Shown here piece after piece: positions 40,272 through 50,175 of a DNA stretch of 64,000 bases. The stretch is from an uncultured bacterium (GTDB lineage: Bacteria; UBP14; UBA6098; B30-G16): contig CBEVQY010000001.1 in NCBI GenBank assembly GCA_965552135.1, positions 96,001 through 160,000 on the forward strand, given 5' to 3'. Each line of letters starts with the position of its first letter. Positions within the stretch are counted from its first letter, which is position 1. The translations under genes and the position numbers were made by a program. Below the pieces are notes generated by a model, which saw nothing but the letters and a program-made list of their open reading frames with translations, had not been told where the DNA came from and did not search any database.

Positions 40272-40281
40272 ATGCGGAAGC

Positions 40282-41259
40282 TCACCACCTCATCACAACG
40301 CTTCCCCACGTGAATCCCGCCCCGAAGGCGACCATGAGGACGTTGTCACCGGGCTTTATCCTCCCGTCGCGAACGGCTTCGTCGAGCGATATGGGTATGG
40401 ACGCCGCCGAGGTGTTGCCGTACTTGTCGATGGTCACAACAACGCGCTCCATAGGCAGCTTAAGCCTGCGGGCGAGGAAGTCTATGATCCTTATGTTTGC
40501 CTGATGCGGCACGAGCCAGTCGAGCTCATCGAGGCTTAAGCCCGCAAGCTCCAAGCCCTTAAGCGCCGCCTCCTCCATCGACCTTACGGCGTGCTTGAAC
40601 ACCTCGTTGCCCAGCATGACGACGGTGTGGAGGTTTTTCTCCACCGTCTCCTTCGACGCGGGCATTGCTGATCCGCCGGCGGGCTGGTACAAAAGCTCCT
40701 TGAGGGAGCCGTCCGATGCGGCGTATGTTGCCATAATGCCCGCGTTATCGTTCGACGGTCCCATGATGACGGCGCCGGCGCCGTCGCCGAAGAGGACGCA
40801 GGTGCTGCGGTCGGTCCAGTTCGTTATCTTCGTCAGCTCCTCAACGCCAACGACGAGAACGTACTTCGCAGCACCGGACCTTATGAACTTGTCCGCCTGG
40901 ATCACGCCGTAGATAAAGCCCGTGCAGCCCGCCGAAAGGTCGTATGCCATCACCTTCCTTGCGCCTAATTTGTGCTGCAGGAGGCACGCCGTCGAGGGGA
41001 ACATGTGATCGGGGGTGACGGTCGCAACAAGGATGAGGTCGAGCTTTTGGGGAGGTATTTGAGCCATCTCGAGGGCTTTTTGGGCTGCCTTAAGCGCAAG
41101 CTCTGATGAGGGCACATCGGCTTCGGAGACGCGCCGCTCCTTTATCCCCGTGCGCGTCGTTATCCACTCGTCGGAGGTGTCAACTATCTTTTCGAGGTCA
41201 GCGTTTGTAAGCACCTTCTCCGGCACATACGACCCTGTGCCCAGTATCTTTGACGTCAT
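40282..41259 (-). CDS. fabH: 3-oxoacyl-ACP synthase III
   Basis: GTGSYVP, AGCTGF, LFGDGAGA, PHQANIRI, GNTSAAS. Confidence 0.97.
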   Translation of the reverse strand: MTSKILGTGSYVPEKVLTNADLEKIVDTSDEWITTRTGIKERRVSEADVPSSELALKAAQKALEMAQIPPQKLDLILVATVTPDHMFPSTACLLQHKLGARKVMAYDLSAGCTGFIYGVIQADKFIRSGAAKYVLVVGVEELTKITNWTDRSTCVLFGDGAGAVIMGPSNDNAGIMATYAASDGSLKELLYQPAGGSAMPASKETVEKNLHTVVMLGNEVFKHAVRSMEEAALKGLELAGLSLDELDWLVPHQANIRIIDFLARRLKLPMERVVVTIDKYGNTSAASIPISLDEAVRDGRIKPGDNVLMVAFGAGFTWGSVVMRW

Positions 41260-42280
41260 TGTCGAGTCCCTCCAGCTTTTCCGTGGCGCGGAGCATGGCT
41301 TCGGGCAGGTTCGCCAAAGCCATCTGCTGGGCAAGCAAAACGGCGTTTGCAATAGCCTTCGCCGAGCTTATGCCGTGACCCACAACCACGTTTCCCCTCA
41401 CTCCCAGAAGCGGGGCGCCGCCGTATTCGGCGTAGTTGAAGTCGCGCAGCGTGCGACGAAGCGACGGATAAAGCAAAACGCCGCCCAAAAGCGAAAGAAA
41501 CGAAATCCTCCTGCCCTTCTTGAAAAGGGTTTTCACAAGGGCGTAGATGCTTTCGGTGTACTTGAGGAGGATGTTCCCCAAAAACCCGTCGCAGACGATG
41601 ACGTCGACGCTGCCTGCGAGGATGTCTCGCCCCTCTATGTTCCCGACGAAGTTTATCCCGAGCCTTTCTGCGTTCTGCGAAAGCATTTTGTGTGCGGCTT
41701 TGACGGCGGCGTTGCCCTTTGTGGATTCCTCGCCTATCGACAAAAGCGCCACGCGCGGCTTCGGGCGCTCCATGATGCACTCGGCGTAGACCGAGCCCAG
41801 GACGGCGAACTGAAGGAGGTGCTCTGGCTTGCAGTCGACGTTGGCGCCCACGTCGAGTATGGCGGTGGGGCGACCCGCCATCGTCGGGAAGATCGCCAAA
41901 ATCGGCGTTCGCCTGATGTTCGGAAGCGTTCCGAGGCGCAGATACGCCGCGGCGGATATCGCCCCCGTGTTGCCAACGCTCACGAAGGCATCGACCTCGC
42001 CACGCCGCAAAAGCTCAAGTCCCTGAACTATGGAGGTGCTTTCGTCCCGGGCGGCGCGCAGGGGATCGTCGTCCATGGAGACAACGCCCCAGGCGTTGTG
42101 GATCTTTATCTCCTTCGGTCTGAATCTTTTTTTTCGCAGGATGGCTTTGATCTGCTCTTCGCGTCCGACGAGGACGACCTCGAGCCCCTCCTGCGCCGAC
42201 ACGGCGGCAATGGCGGCGTCGACGTTGACCTTCATACCTCTGTCGCCGCCCGCAGCGTCGAGGGCAACGCGCACAGGCAC
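41198..42280 (-). CDS. plsX: Phosphate acyltransferase PlsX (start uncertain)
   Basis: VALDAAGGD, SVGNTGA, LDVGANVD, CDGFLGN, GGAPLLG. Confidence 0.95.
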   Translation of the reverse strand: MPVRVALDAAGGDRGMKVNVDAAIAAVSAQEGLEVVLVGREEQIKAILRKKRFRPKEIKIHNAWGVVSMDDDPLRAARDESTSIVQGLELLRRGEVDAFVSVGNTGAISAAAYLRLGTLPNIRRTPILAIFPTMAGRPTAILDVGANVDCKPEHLLQFAVLGSVYAECIMERPKPRVALLSIGEESTKGNAAVKAAHKMLSQNAERLGINFVGNIEGRDILAGSVDVIVCDGFLGNILLKYTESIYALVKTLFKKGRRISFLSLLGGVLLYPSLRRTLRDFNYAEYGGAPLLGVRGNVVVGHGISSAKAIANAVLLAQQMALANLPEAMLRATEKLEGLDNDVKDTGHRVVCAGEGAYKR

Positions 42281-42351
42281 CGAACGACGCTCAAGCTCCC
42301 GGCGCCAACGACGAGCCAACCGAGATGTGTAGTACCTTATCCTGCCCGTCG

Positions 42352-42546
42352 CTACTTCTCCTTCTTCCTACCCTTCGCCGCAACCACAGGCAAGCCGTTG
42401 TAGTAACCGCAGTGCGGACAAACCCTGTGTGGAACCATAGGCTCCCCGCAGTGGGGACACTCAACGGTCACCACCGGTTCAAGCTTCCAGTGCGTTCTGC
42501 GCTTGCGCGTCCTTGTGTTCGAGTGTCGTCGCTTCGGCAGCGCCAT
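42352..42546 (-). CDS. rpmF: 50S ribosomal protein L32
   Basis: MALPKRRHSNTRTRKRR, CPHC...HRVCPHCGYY. Confidence 0.97.
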   Translation of the reverse strand: MALPKRRHSNTRTRKRRTHWKLEPVVTVECPHCGEPMVPHRVCPHCGYYNGLPVVAAKGRKKEK

Positions 42547-42563
42547 GGCAAGCCTCTCCTTGA

Positions 42564-43244
42564 TTATTTTCGTAAAGCTGAGGGTGGCTCGAAGGCGTAC
42601 GAAATGAGGACGGACACCACCCCGCCCTCAAGGTCCTCCGATCTCACAAGCCCAACGCCGGGCGCAAGCCAGCTGTAGCCGTGAATCGACTCGGTGTAGC
42701 TGAATATATCTGTACCGCCAACGCTTTGGACAAGTTCTAATTCTCCTGTCAGCTCCAGCTTCACGCAATCCGAAAAATCGCCGGCGGGAGTAGACACCGC
42801 CTCCAGCGCCACGGCAGAGCCGGTCATCTCCATGCTCATCCTGTTGGTTACGCCCCCTTCCTCCCACGTGGAGTCGTAGGAGATTATGGTCCAGGTGGCG
42901 CCGATATTGAAGCTTGTGGGCAGCATCTTGAAGCTCATAGGGTCCTTGATCTCGTACACTCCGTCTTCGCGGATTTGGATGTATACGGTTTCTGTGTCCT
43001 CGAGAGCGATGTAGGTTTCGTAGCCGTCCATAAGAGTGTCGGCTATTATCACGTTGACCGACGTGTCGACGCCCTCTGAGGACGAATCGACGTAGGTCCA
43101 CTGCCAGCCCACCTCAACAGGGAAGTAATCCGACGCCAGCAAAGTCTCGACCTGGGGACCTTCGCCGCCTGTGCCCTCGTCGTTGCTGCAGCCCAAAAGC
43201 AAAAGCCCCGCCATAAGCCAGAGTGTGATGACGACGTATTTCAC
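42564..43244 (-). CDS. Lipoprotein of unknown function (YFP..G..W.Y / VxTPAGxF family)
   Basis: GTG start with SD AAAGGAG; lipobox LLGC; DYFPVEVGWQWTY, VSTPAGDFSDC, WLAPGVGLVR. Confidence 0.8.
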   Translation of the reverse strand: MKYVVITLWLMAGLLLLGCSNDEGTGGEGPQVETLLASDYFPVEVGWQWTYVDSSSEGVDTSVNVIIADTLMDGYETYIALEDTETVYIQIREDGVYEIKDPMSFKMLPTSFNIGATWTIISYDSTWEEGGVTNRMSMEMTGSAVALEAVSTPAGDFSDCVKLELTGELELVQSVGGTDIFSYTESIHGYSWLAPGVGLVRSEDLEGGVVSVLISYAFEPPSALRK

Positions 43245-43264
43245 CGTTCTTGCTCCTTTTTGGT

Positions 43265-43792
43265 TCAACGTTTCTTCAAAAGCGCTTTTAGCTTTTCCCA
43301 CCTTGGGTCGATGTTCGTCTGGGGCGTGTGTCCACAGTCGACCTCGTTCAGGTTTGCCCCACAGACGGGACAAAGCCCTTTGCAGTTGGGCGAGCATAGG
43401 GGCTGGGTTGGGATGCCCAGTATAACTGCGTCGTGGATTCGCGGCGAGAGGATGAGTCTGCCCGCCGTCTGGTCGACCGAGACGACGTCTTCGTCCCAAA
43501 GCTCGACCACAAGCGGCGCCCCCGCCCTGAGCCTCACGGAAAACGCCACAGGCTCGCGGAGAGCATATGTAAACGTCTTGAGGCAGCGGGAGCAGGTCAG
43601 GGTTACCTCCGTCGTCACCCAGCCTGTGCAGCTTATCTCAAGCCCCCTGCGCATGCAGACAAGGTGGAGCACAACGTCGTCGTCGAAGTTTGCGCCGGGG
43701 TACGAAAGCTCAAGCTGCCTTGGGTTCCACACAAAGCGGTGCTCGCTTTCGCCCTGCTCCAAAAGCGCTATGTCGAAAAATGCGTCGGTCAT
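43265..43792 (-). CDS. yceD: DUF177/YceD family protein
   Basis: CSRCL, LCSPNCKGLCPVCGANLN, DPRWEKL. Confidence 0.9.
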   Translation of the reverse strand: MTDAFFDIALLEQGESEHRFVWNPRQLELSYPGANFDDDVVLHLVCMRRGLEISCTGWVTTEVTLTCSRCLKTFTYALREPVAFSVRLRAGAPLVVELWDEDVVSVDQTAGRLILSPRIHDAVILGIPTQPLCSPNCKGLCPVCGANLNEVDCGHTPQTNIDPRWEKLKALLKKR

Positions 43793-44244
43793 TTCCTCCT
43801 TCCCCTGCGCCGAGCCTGTCCTGCCGAACGAAGCTTCTCGTCCTGTTCCAGAAGCTGCGCGAGGGTAGTTCCCCTGAGGAACGAATCGATCCTCTCCTGC
43901 AACATCTGCCAGAAGAGCCTTGTCACGCACTCGCCTGCGCGTCTGCAGCTTGCCCTGCCGTCGGCAAGACACCTCAAAAGCTTGCACCTGTCCTCCAGGG
44001 CGCAGTAAACGTCCCAAAGGGTTATCTCCTCCGGCGACTTCGCCAGGCAGTAGCCACCGCCCGGACCCTTGAAGCTTTTCACGATCTTTTTGCGCCTAAG
44101 CCGCGCCAAAATTTGCTCAAGATACGACGGCGAAATCCTCTGACGCGAAGCGATCCAATGTATAGACACAGGCGACGAACACCCCATCCTCGCAAGCTCC
44201 ACAAGCGCCCTCGTCCCATATCTAAACCTTGTCGAAAGCCTCAT
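43789..44244 (-). CDS. Rrf2 family transcriptional regulator
   Basis: MRLSTRFRYG, YLEQIL, GPGGGY and a Cys-rich C-terminus. Confidence 0.93.
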   Translation of the reverse strand: MRLSTRFRYGTRALVELARMGCSSPVSIHWIASRQRISPSYLEQILARLRRKKIVKSFKGPGGGYCLAKSPEEITLWDVYCALEDRCKLLRCLADGRASCRRAGECVTRLFWQMLQERIDSFLRGTTLAQLLEQDEKLRSAGQARRRGRRK

Positions 44245-44333
44245 ACGCCCCCCCAGCCAAGAGGTTTAAAAATAAATCCCATCCCCCTGTGCGCAAGTTA
44301 CTTTTGGTCTGTGGTTGCCGCGTCCATCGAGGT

Positions 44334-45080
44334 TTAGCTTACGCTCGCAAGTATCTCGTCGGGAACGTCCATGTTCGAGTGGACGCGCTGGACGTCGTCG
44401 TGCTCCTCGAGCGCAGAAAGGAGCTTCAGAAGCCTTTCCGCATCCTTCCCCTCGACCCTCACGGTGCTTTGGGGCAGCGCAGAGATCTGGGCAGACTCCA
44501 CGGTGAAGCCAGCCGCCTCAAGCGCCTCGCGCACCGAGTACAGATCCCCCACGGCGGTGTAGACCTCGTAGTAGTCCCCCTCCTGCTTGATGTCGTCGGC
44601 TCCTGCCTCGAGGGCAACCTCCATCAGCTTGTCCTCATCCGTTCCCTCCACGGGGATGTAGATGAGCCCCGATTTCCTAAACATCCACGAGACGCAGCCG
44701 GTCTCGCCAAGGTTCCCGCCGTATTTGGAGAATATGTGCCTTATTTCGGCGACGGTTCTGTTTTTGTTGTCGGTCATGGCTTCGACCATAATGGCGACGC
44801 CGCCGGGACCGTATCCCTCGTAGACGACCTCCTCATATGCCACGCCGGGCAGTTCGCCCGTGCCCTTTTTTATGGCGCGTTCGATGTTTTCCGCGGGCAT
44901 GTTTGCGGCTTTTGCGGCGGCGATGGCGTTTCGGAGCCTCGGGTTCGCGTTGGGATCACCGCCGCCCAGACGCGCCGCAACCGTTATCTCACGTATAAGC
45001 CGCGTAAAAAGCCTCCCGCGCTTGGCGTCCATGGCGGCTTTTTTGTGCCTTATCTGCGCCCACTTCGAATGTCCGCTCAT
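44334..45080 (-). CDS. yebC: YebC/PmpR family protein
   Basis: [38 protein letters not shown]. Confidence 0.96.
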   Translation of the reverse strand: MSGHSKWAQIRHKKAAMDAKRGRLFTRLIREITVAARLGGGDPNANPRLRNAIAAAKAANMPAENIERAIKKGTGELPGVAYEEVVYEGYGPGGVAIMVEAMTDNKNRTVAEIRHIFSKYGGNLGETGCVSWMFRKSGLIYIPVEGTDEDKLMEVALEAGADDIKQEGDYYEVYTAVGDLYSVREALEAAGFTVESAQISALPQSTVRVEGKDAERLLKLLSALEEHDDVQRVHSNMDVPDEILASVS

Positions 45081-45165
45081 AAACACCTCCCACCTGCTGA
45101 CTTTATTTCATTTTATCGGTTTTGGCGGCGCAGCGCAAGGCATAAAACCGCAAGGCTGGCGCAGA

Positions 45166-45576
45166 TCAACCGCCACCCTCAACGCCGAGGATCCTTGCGG
45201 CGAGGTGGGCAGCGTTTTTGGCTCCTGCAACGCCTATGCCCATAGTCGCGACGGGGACGCCCGAGGGCATCTGCGCCATCGAAAGAAGCGCGTCGACCCC
45301 GCGCAGAGGACCAACCTCGGCGGGAACGCCTATCACGGGAAGCTTCGTCCGGGATGCTATGACCCCCGGCAGGGCTGCAGAAAGCCCCGCTATCGCTATC
45401 ACAACCGAAAACTCCTCCTCCGCCCTGCGGCAGAACTCATCGAGGCGGTCGGGCGTCCTGTGAGCCGATATGACGAACCTCTCAAACGGGATGCCAAGCT
45501 CTTTGAGCACGTCGGCGACGACAGAGCCGAGCATCTCATCGCTCTTGCTGCCCTGAACGATCGCAACCTTGGGCAT
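45166..45576 (-). CDS. purE: AIR carboxylase / N5-CAIR mutase PurE (short)
   Basis: GSKSD, SAHRTP, LPVIGVP, QMPSGVPVAT. Confidence 0.93.
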   Translation of the reverse strand: MPKVAIVQGSKSDEMLGSVVADVLKELGIPFERFVISAHRTPDRLDEFCRRAEEEFSVVIAIAGLSAALPGVIASRTKLPVIGVPAEVGPLRGVDALLSMAQMPSGVPVATMGIGVAGAKNAAHLAARILGVEGGG

Positions 45577-45586
45577 AGCTGCCTCC

Positions 45587-46333
45587 TCAGATGTACTCCT
45601 TCACGATCAGGGCTGCCGCCACCAGCAAAAGCACCACGCCGAAGACGATCTTCACCGCCCGGGGCTTCATTTTGTGCGCCATAATCCTTGAGCCGCTCTG
45701 GCTTCCCGCAAGCACGGCGGCTGCACATGCCGTCCAGAGCGTCCAGTTCGGCTTTGCGGCGGTGGCTATGTGGGATACGAAACTCGACGTCCCCGAGCAG
45801 GTTACCACAAACGCCGATGTCGCCGCAGCAGCTTTGGGATCAAGCCCCGCTATGTAGAGCAACGGAACGACGAAGCTTCCGCCACCCCTCCCTATGAGTC
45901 CTGCGAAGAATCCCAGGACGGCTCCGCCCGAAAGTCCGAGCGCGGTCCGCTTTGCAGGAGAAAGCCCAGAGGCTTTCGGTCGCCAGCCCGAAAGCATAAG
46001 AAGCGCGGCGGTAGCCGTAAAGAGCGCGAATATGACGATGATGGGTCTTGTGGGGAGCTTCACGTTCACCCACGTCCCCAGCGGTGGGAAGACGACCATG
46101 CTCGCGCCGAAGGGGAGGGCAACTCGCCAGTCTATCTTCCCCGCGCGCCAGTAAGTGAACGCGGCGGAGGAACTGTTTACAACGTTGAGCAGCATGCCAA
46201 GCGGTATAGCCTGCGTTTTGAAGTCAAGCCCCACCCAGTAGAGTATCGGGATGTAAAGCTGCGAGCCGCCCATACCTAGCATCGAGAAAACGAAGGCTAT
46301 GGCGAAAAAGCCCAGTGGAACAGCCCAGGTCAT
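45587..46333 (-). CDS. TauE/SafE (TSUP) family transporter
   Basis: GMGGSQLYIP and GLIGRGGGSFVVP internal repeat; about 8 TM helices. Confidence 0.88.
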   Translation of the reverse strand: MTWAVPLGFFAIAFVFSMLGMGGSQLYIPILYWVGLDFKTQAIPLGMLLNVVNSSSAAFTYWRAGKIDWRVALPFGASMVVFPPLGTWVNVKLPTRPIIVIFALFTATAALLMLSGWRPKASGLSPAKRTALGLSGGAVLGFFAGLIGRGGGSFVVPLLYIAGLDPKAAAATSAFVVTCSGTSSFVSHIATAAKPNWTLWTACAAAVLAGSQSGSRIMAHKMKPRAVKIVFGVVLLLVAAALIVKEYI

Positions 46334-46935
46334 AGCCGCTTTCCCTCGAAGCAAGGAATGCAGAGTTTTCGCCCGTCTTTTATCCTGATCCCGTGCGCGA
46401 AGACGACCTCTCCGCAGCCTTCGCACTCGTACCACTCGAACGTTCCACCCCCAAACGTGCCCTCGAAGGTGAACACGTCAGACACGTTAAAGAGCTCCTC
46501 GGCGGGTGCAGAAACGATCCTCTCTATGAGCGGGTCGACGACGGATGGAGGTATATCCTGCGGCTGGTATCCGAGGCTGCGGAGCTTTACGAACTGGGAC
46601 GACAAAGCCTTCTTCTGGAACTCGGGCTTTACGACCACGCGGACAGCTCGACGCGTGGAGCATTCGACAAGTATCAGGCCGTTTTTGCCGTAGTCGAGGC
46701 GCTTTATGTTCCCCTTGCCGTAGGTGCAGCCCGTTGCGACTTGGACGCCGTCGCCAAAGCACATGGTGGCGTGCGCAGGTCCGTTCTCGAGAAGACAGAA
46801 AAGCTCCTTGTTCGCTGCCCGCCTCACGCCCAAAGTATCGAGCGCCAAAAGCCCCGCCCTTATGCCCAAAGGCATGGCGGGACACCTGTGCCCGTGGAAC
46901 TTAAACCCGATCTCCAAAAGCTCCGAAAGCTCCAT
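46330..46935 (-). CDS. FmdE family protein with C-terminal zinc finger
   Basis: FHGHRCPAMPLG, CFGDGVQVATGCTYGKGN, CEGCGE...CIPC. Confidence 0.9.
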   Translation of the reverse strand: MELSELLEIGFKFHGHRCPAMPLGIRAGLLALDTLGVRRAANKELFCLLENGPAHATMCFGDGVQVATGCTYGKGNIKRLDYGKNGLILVECSTRRAVRVVVKPEFQKKALSSQFVKLRSLGYQPQDIPPSVVDPLIERIVSAPAEELFNVSDVFTFEGTFGGGTFEWYECEGCGEVVFAHGIRIKDGRKLCIPCFEGKRL

Positions 46936-46955
46936 AGCAAAAAACCCCCTGCTTG

Positions 46956-48443
46956 TCAGCTTTGCCTTTGGAGCTGAATTGCCCTTTCGTAGAGCTCGAT
47001 GTACTTTCGCGCCGAGGCTTCCCACGAGAAGTCCTGCCTCATCCCGCGCAGCATGATCTTCTCCCACCGCTTTTTGTCGCGGAAAGCCTCCAGTGCGCGC
47101 TCGATGCACGACAAAAGCGCCTGAGGGGTGGGATCGTCGAAGAGGAATCCCGTTCCCCTGTCGGGGAATTCGTCGGCGTCGATGACGGTGTCGGCAAGCC
47201 CGCCCGTGCGCCGAACCACAGGAACCGTCCCGTAGCGGAGGGAGTAGAGCTGGTTGAGCCCGCACGGCTCGAAGCGGGAGGGCATGAGGAACATGTCGGC
47301 GCCAGCTTCTATCTTGTGGGCGAGGGGGTCGTTGAACTCGGTGCAAACCGCCACCTGGCGGGGGTAGTCCCGCGACGCCTTGCGGAACATCTCCTCGTAC
47401 TCGGGCTTGCCCGACCCCAAAACGACAAGCTTTACGCCAAACTCAACGAGTCGCGGCAACGCCTCCGCAACTATATCGAACCCCTTCTGATAAGCCATCC
47501 TGCCGATCATGCCCAAAACGGGCTTTTCGGGCTCGTCGGGAAGCCCAACCTCCCGAAGCAGAACCGACTTCATCTTCCGCTTGCCGGAGAGGTCCTTGGG
47601 GGAGTAGTTGTGCTCGATCTTCGCGTCGACGCTCGGGTCCCAAACGGAGTAATCGACGCCGTTTAGGATGCCGAAAAGCTTGTGCGATACCGACGAAAGC
47701 ACACCCTCAAGCCCCTCGCCGTATTGGGGCGTTTGTATCTCCTTTGCGTAGGTCGGGCTTACCGTGTTGACCGCATCGGCAAAGAGGATCCCTATCTTGA
47801 GGAAGTTGACCTTGCCGAAGAACTCGAACGGTCCTGTTGGGTAGAAGAGCTCTTCGCCCAGCCCCATAAGCCTGAGGGCGTTCTTCTCGAAAACGCCCTG
47901 GTAGGCGATGTTGTGTATCGTGAGCACCGACGCCGTCCTTCTCCACACGGGGTGGTCGCCGTATGCGAGCTTGAGGTATGCGGGCAGGAGGGCAGTGTGG
48001 TGGTCGTTTGCGTGGAGCACATCCGGGACAAACCCTACAGCCGGCGCAACCTGCAGCACAGACTTGCAGAAGAAGACGAGCCGCTCGGCTTGGTCGGGGA
48101 AGTCGCGCTTCGTGTCGGGGTCGAAGTATATCCCGCGCCTGTCGAAGAACCGCTCGCTTTTTACGAAGTAGACGGGGACCCTTGTTCCCGGCAGGCTTGC
48201 GGCGAAGAGGTCGAACGTCTCAACGGAGTCGCCGACGACTACGGGCACGCCGCACACATCGAGCCGCTTTATCCCGAACTCAGCCGACCGCCTCTGGACG
48301 TCGCCGTAGTACGGCATAACGACGCGGACGTCAACGCCGAGGCGCCTCAGCGCCTTCGGAAGCGACCCCGCAACGTCGGCAAGACCGCCAACCTTAGCAA
48401 AAGGATATACCTCCGCCGACGCTAACAAAACCCTAAGCGACAT
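46956..48443 (-). CDS. glgA: Glycogen synthase
   Basis: KVGGLADV, HANDHHT, TIHNIAYQG, PSRFEPCGLNQ. Confidence 0.96.
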   Translation of the reverse strand: MSLRVLLASAEVYPFAKVGGLADVAGSLPKALRRLGVDVRVVMPYYGDVQRRSAEFGIKRLDVCGVPVVVGDSVETFDLFAASLPGTRVPVYFVKSERFFDRRGIYFDPDTKRDFPDQAERLVFFCKSVLQVAPAVGFVPDVLHANDHHTALLPAYLKLAYGDHPVWRRTASVLTIHNIAYQGVFEKNALRLMGLGEELFYPTGPFEFFGKVNFLKIGILFADAVNTVSPTYAKEIQTPQYGEGLEGVLSSVSHKLFGILNGVDYSVWDPSVDAKIEHNYSPKDLSGKRKMKSVLLREVGLPDEPEKPVLGMIGRMAYQKGFDIVAEALPRLVEFGVKLVVLGSGKPEYEEMFRKASRDYPRQVAVCTEFNDPLAHKIEAGADMFLMPSRFEPCGLNQLYSLRYGTVPVVRRTGGLADTVIDADEFPDRGTGFLFDDPTPQALLSCIERALEAFRDKKRWEKIMLRGMRQDFSWEASARKYIELYERAIQLQRQS

Positions 48444-48455
48444 CTCCCTCTCCCT

Positions 48456-49604
48456 TCAGAAGTGGTCGTAGCCAACTATGGTCTGGTAGGCGTACGAAAA
48501 GCTTATCGTCCTGTAGCCCTCGGACGTCGAGCCTGTGGCGGTTATTTTGAGCTTGAGGTAGTGGTTGTCGGGGGTCTTTATGGCGTAGACGTATCCGCTT
48601 ATCGCCTCGTTGGACGGTGTCCATCCGGTTTCGGGTGCTTCGGGGTAGTCGTCGAGCTGGTCGGTGCCGAGGCGGACGATCTCGGACTGGAGCGTCCAGT
48701 CGTCGCCCAGAAGATGGGGGCTTTTGAGGGCGAGTCTGCCAGTGGTATCGCCCTCGAGGGTGCCGAGGTAGATGTCGATGTAAGGCTCGTTGGCGAGCGT
48801 CAGCTCAAGCGCAACGCCCTCGGAGAAGTCGAAGCCGCTGGTCGAGTCGGATATGTACTCCACAAGCATCCCCTCGCCAAAAACCACGGGCGACGTGTGG
48901 ACGTAGTCCGAAAGCACAGAGAGCACGGTATCACCATCCAGGATCATTGCGGAACGCACGGCAAAGTAGTAGCGGATATCCTGCGAAAGCCCGCTTATCG
49001 TCACCGTTGTGTCGGAAACCAAAGGCGTTGAGGGCGAGATGGTGTCGAGGTCGGTGGGGTCGGTGGACATGTAGACGTAGTAGCCCAGGAAGTCGGGGTT
49101 TGTTGCATCGGGCGAGGGGGTCCAGATGAGCTGGACGTCCTCTTCGCCGGTGATGTAGGTGAGCGTCTGCGGCGGGTCGACGACGACGGAAACCGTCACC
49201 TCGATCTCCTCTGTCGGATCCCCCGCCTCGTACGAGCCGTCGTGCTCGCCCACAGAGCGCATGTGCACGTAGTAGACCTGCCCGTTCTGCAGTGGCTGCC
49301 CGGAGGCGTCGGATGTTATTTCGTAGGGGCTGTCGCCATCCGAAAGGGGCGAGGAGTTGACCTTGTACTCCTCAACCTCGTCCGAGCCAAGGGAGGCTAT
49401 GGGCTCGGTGGATATGTAGACGTTGTAGCCCACGAAGTCGCTTTGGTCGGCATCGGGGCTGGGGTCCCACGAGACAACGATCACCGCATCGCCAGCCGTC
49501 GCGGAGAAATTCGTCGGCGGAGCTGGCGCCGTCCACTCCTCCTCGCCGCAACCCGTGACCAAAACCAAAGCTGCCAAAACGCAAAGCCACGCCGCACGCC
49601 TCAT
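48456..49604 (-). CDS. Lipoprotein with two fibronectin type III domains
   Basis: Lipobox VTGC; two APPTN/PPQTL...W.PSPDA...DF.GY.VY.ST repeats. Confidence 0.82.
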   Translation of the reverse strand: MRRAAWLCVLAALVLVTGCGEEEWTAPAPPTNFSATAGDAVIVVSWDPSPDADQSDFVGYNVYISTEPIASLGSDEVEEYKVNSSPLSDGDSPYEITSDASGQPLQNGQVYYVHMRSVGEHDGSYEAGDPTEEIEVTVSVVVDPPQTLTYITGEEDVQLIWTPSPDATNPDFLGYYVYMSTDPTDLDTISPSTPLVSDTTVTISGLSQDIRYYFAVRSAMILDGDTVLSVLSDYVHTSPVVFGEGMLVEYISDSTSGFDFSEGVALELTLANEPYIDIYLGTLEGDTTGRLALKSPHLLGDDWTLQSEIVRLGTDQLDDYPEAPETGWTPSNEAISGYVYAIKTPDNHYLKLKITATGSTSEGYRTISFSYAYQTIVGYDHF

Positions 49605-49746
49605 CCTGCCCTCCTTTCTTGTGCCCGTTTTCTCAAATTTACCGACACGCCTCGGCAACGCAAGGGGAATTGGCGATTTCCTCTTGCACCAAAGGGGCAA
49701 GTGGCTTATCTAACAGGTAAGCGTCCAAAGAAAGGTGGGGGAGGAA

Positions 49747-50172
49747 ATGGGCATAGTTCTCAAGGACAGGCGGTCGCACGAGGGCGAGATAATGCGCCTT
49801 TTGGCGGGATTTGCGCAGATGAGACTGCCATCCCTTATGGATGAGCTTAACAAGTGGCATCCGCCGGTGGACGTGCTCGAGACGGAGGACAAGCTGATAA
49901 TAATAGTCGAGATAGCGGGCGTTTCGACAGGCGACATAAACATAACCCAGCACGGGGATCTTATCCGCATCGAGGGCAACCGCATCGAGGTTCTTCCGGC
50001 GGAGTCGCCGGTGTTCCACCACATGGAGATAAACTACGGTCCCTTCGAGCGGAACATACGCCTTCCCAGGAAGTTCGTGGGCGGAGAGGTTGCGGCTTCG
50101 TACAAAAACGGATTTTTGCGCATAGAGGTCTCGAAGAACAAAAACGCCGAAAGGGTTATAAAGGTCGAGTAA
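49747..50172 (+). CDS. Small heat shock protein (Hsp20/alpha-crystallin)
   Basis: WHPPVDVLET, EINYGPFERNIRLP, ASYKNGFLRI. Confidence 0.92.
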   Translation: MGIVLKDRRSHEGEIMRLLAGFAQMRLPSLMDELNKWHPPVDVLETEDKLIIIVEIAGVSTGDINITQHGDLIRIEGNRIEVLPAESPVFHHMEINYGPFERNIRLPRKFVGGEVAASYKNGFLRIEVSKNKNAERVIKVE

Positions 50173-50175
50173 GCC

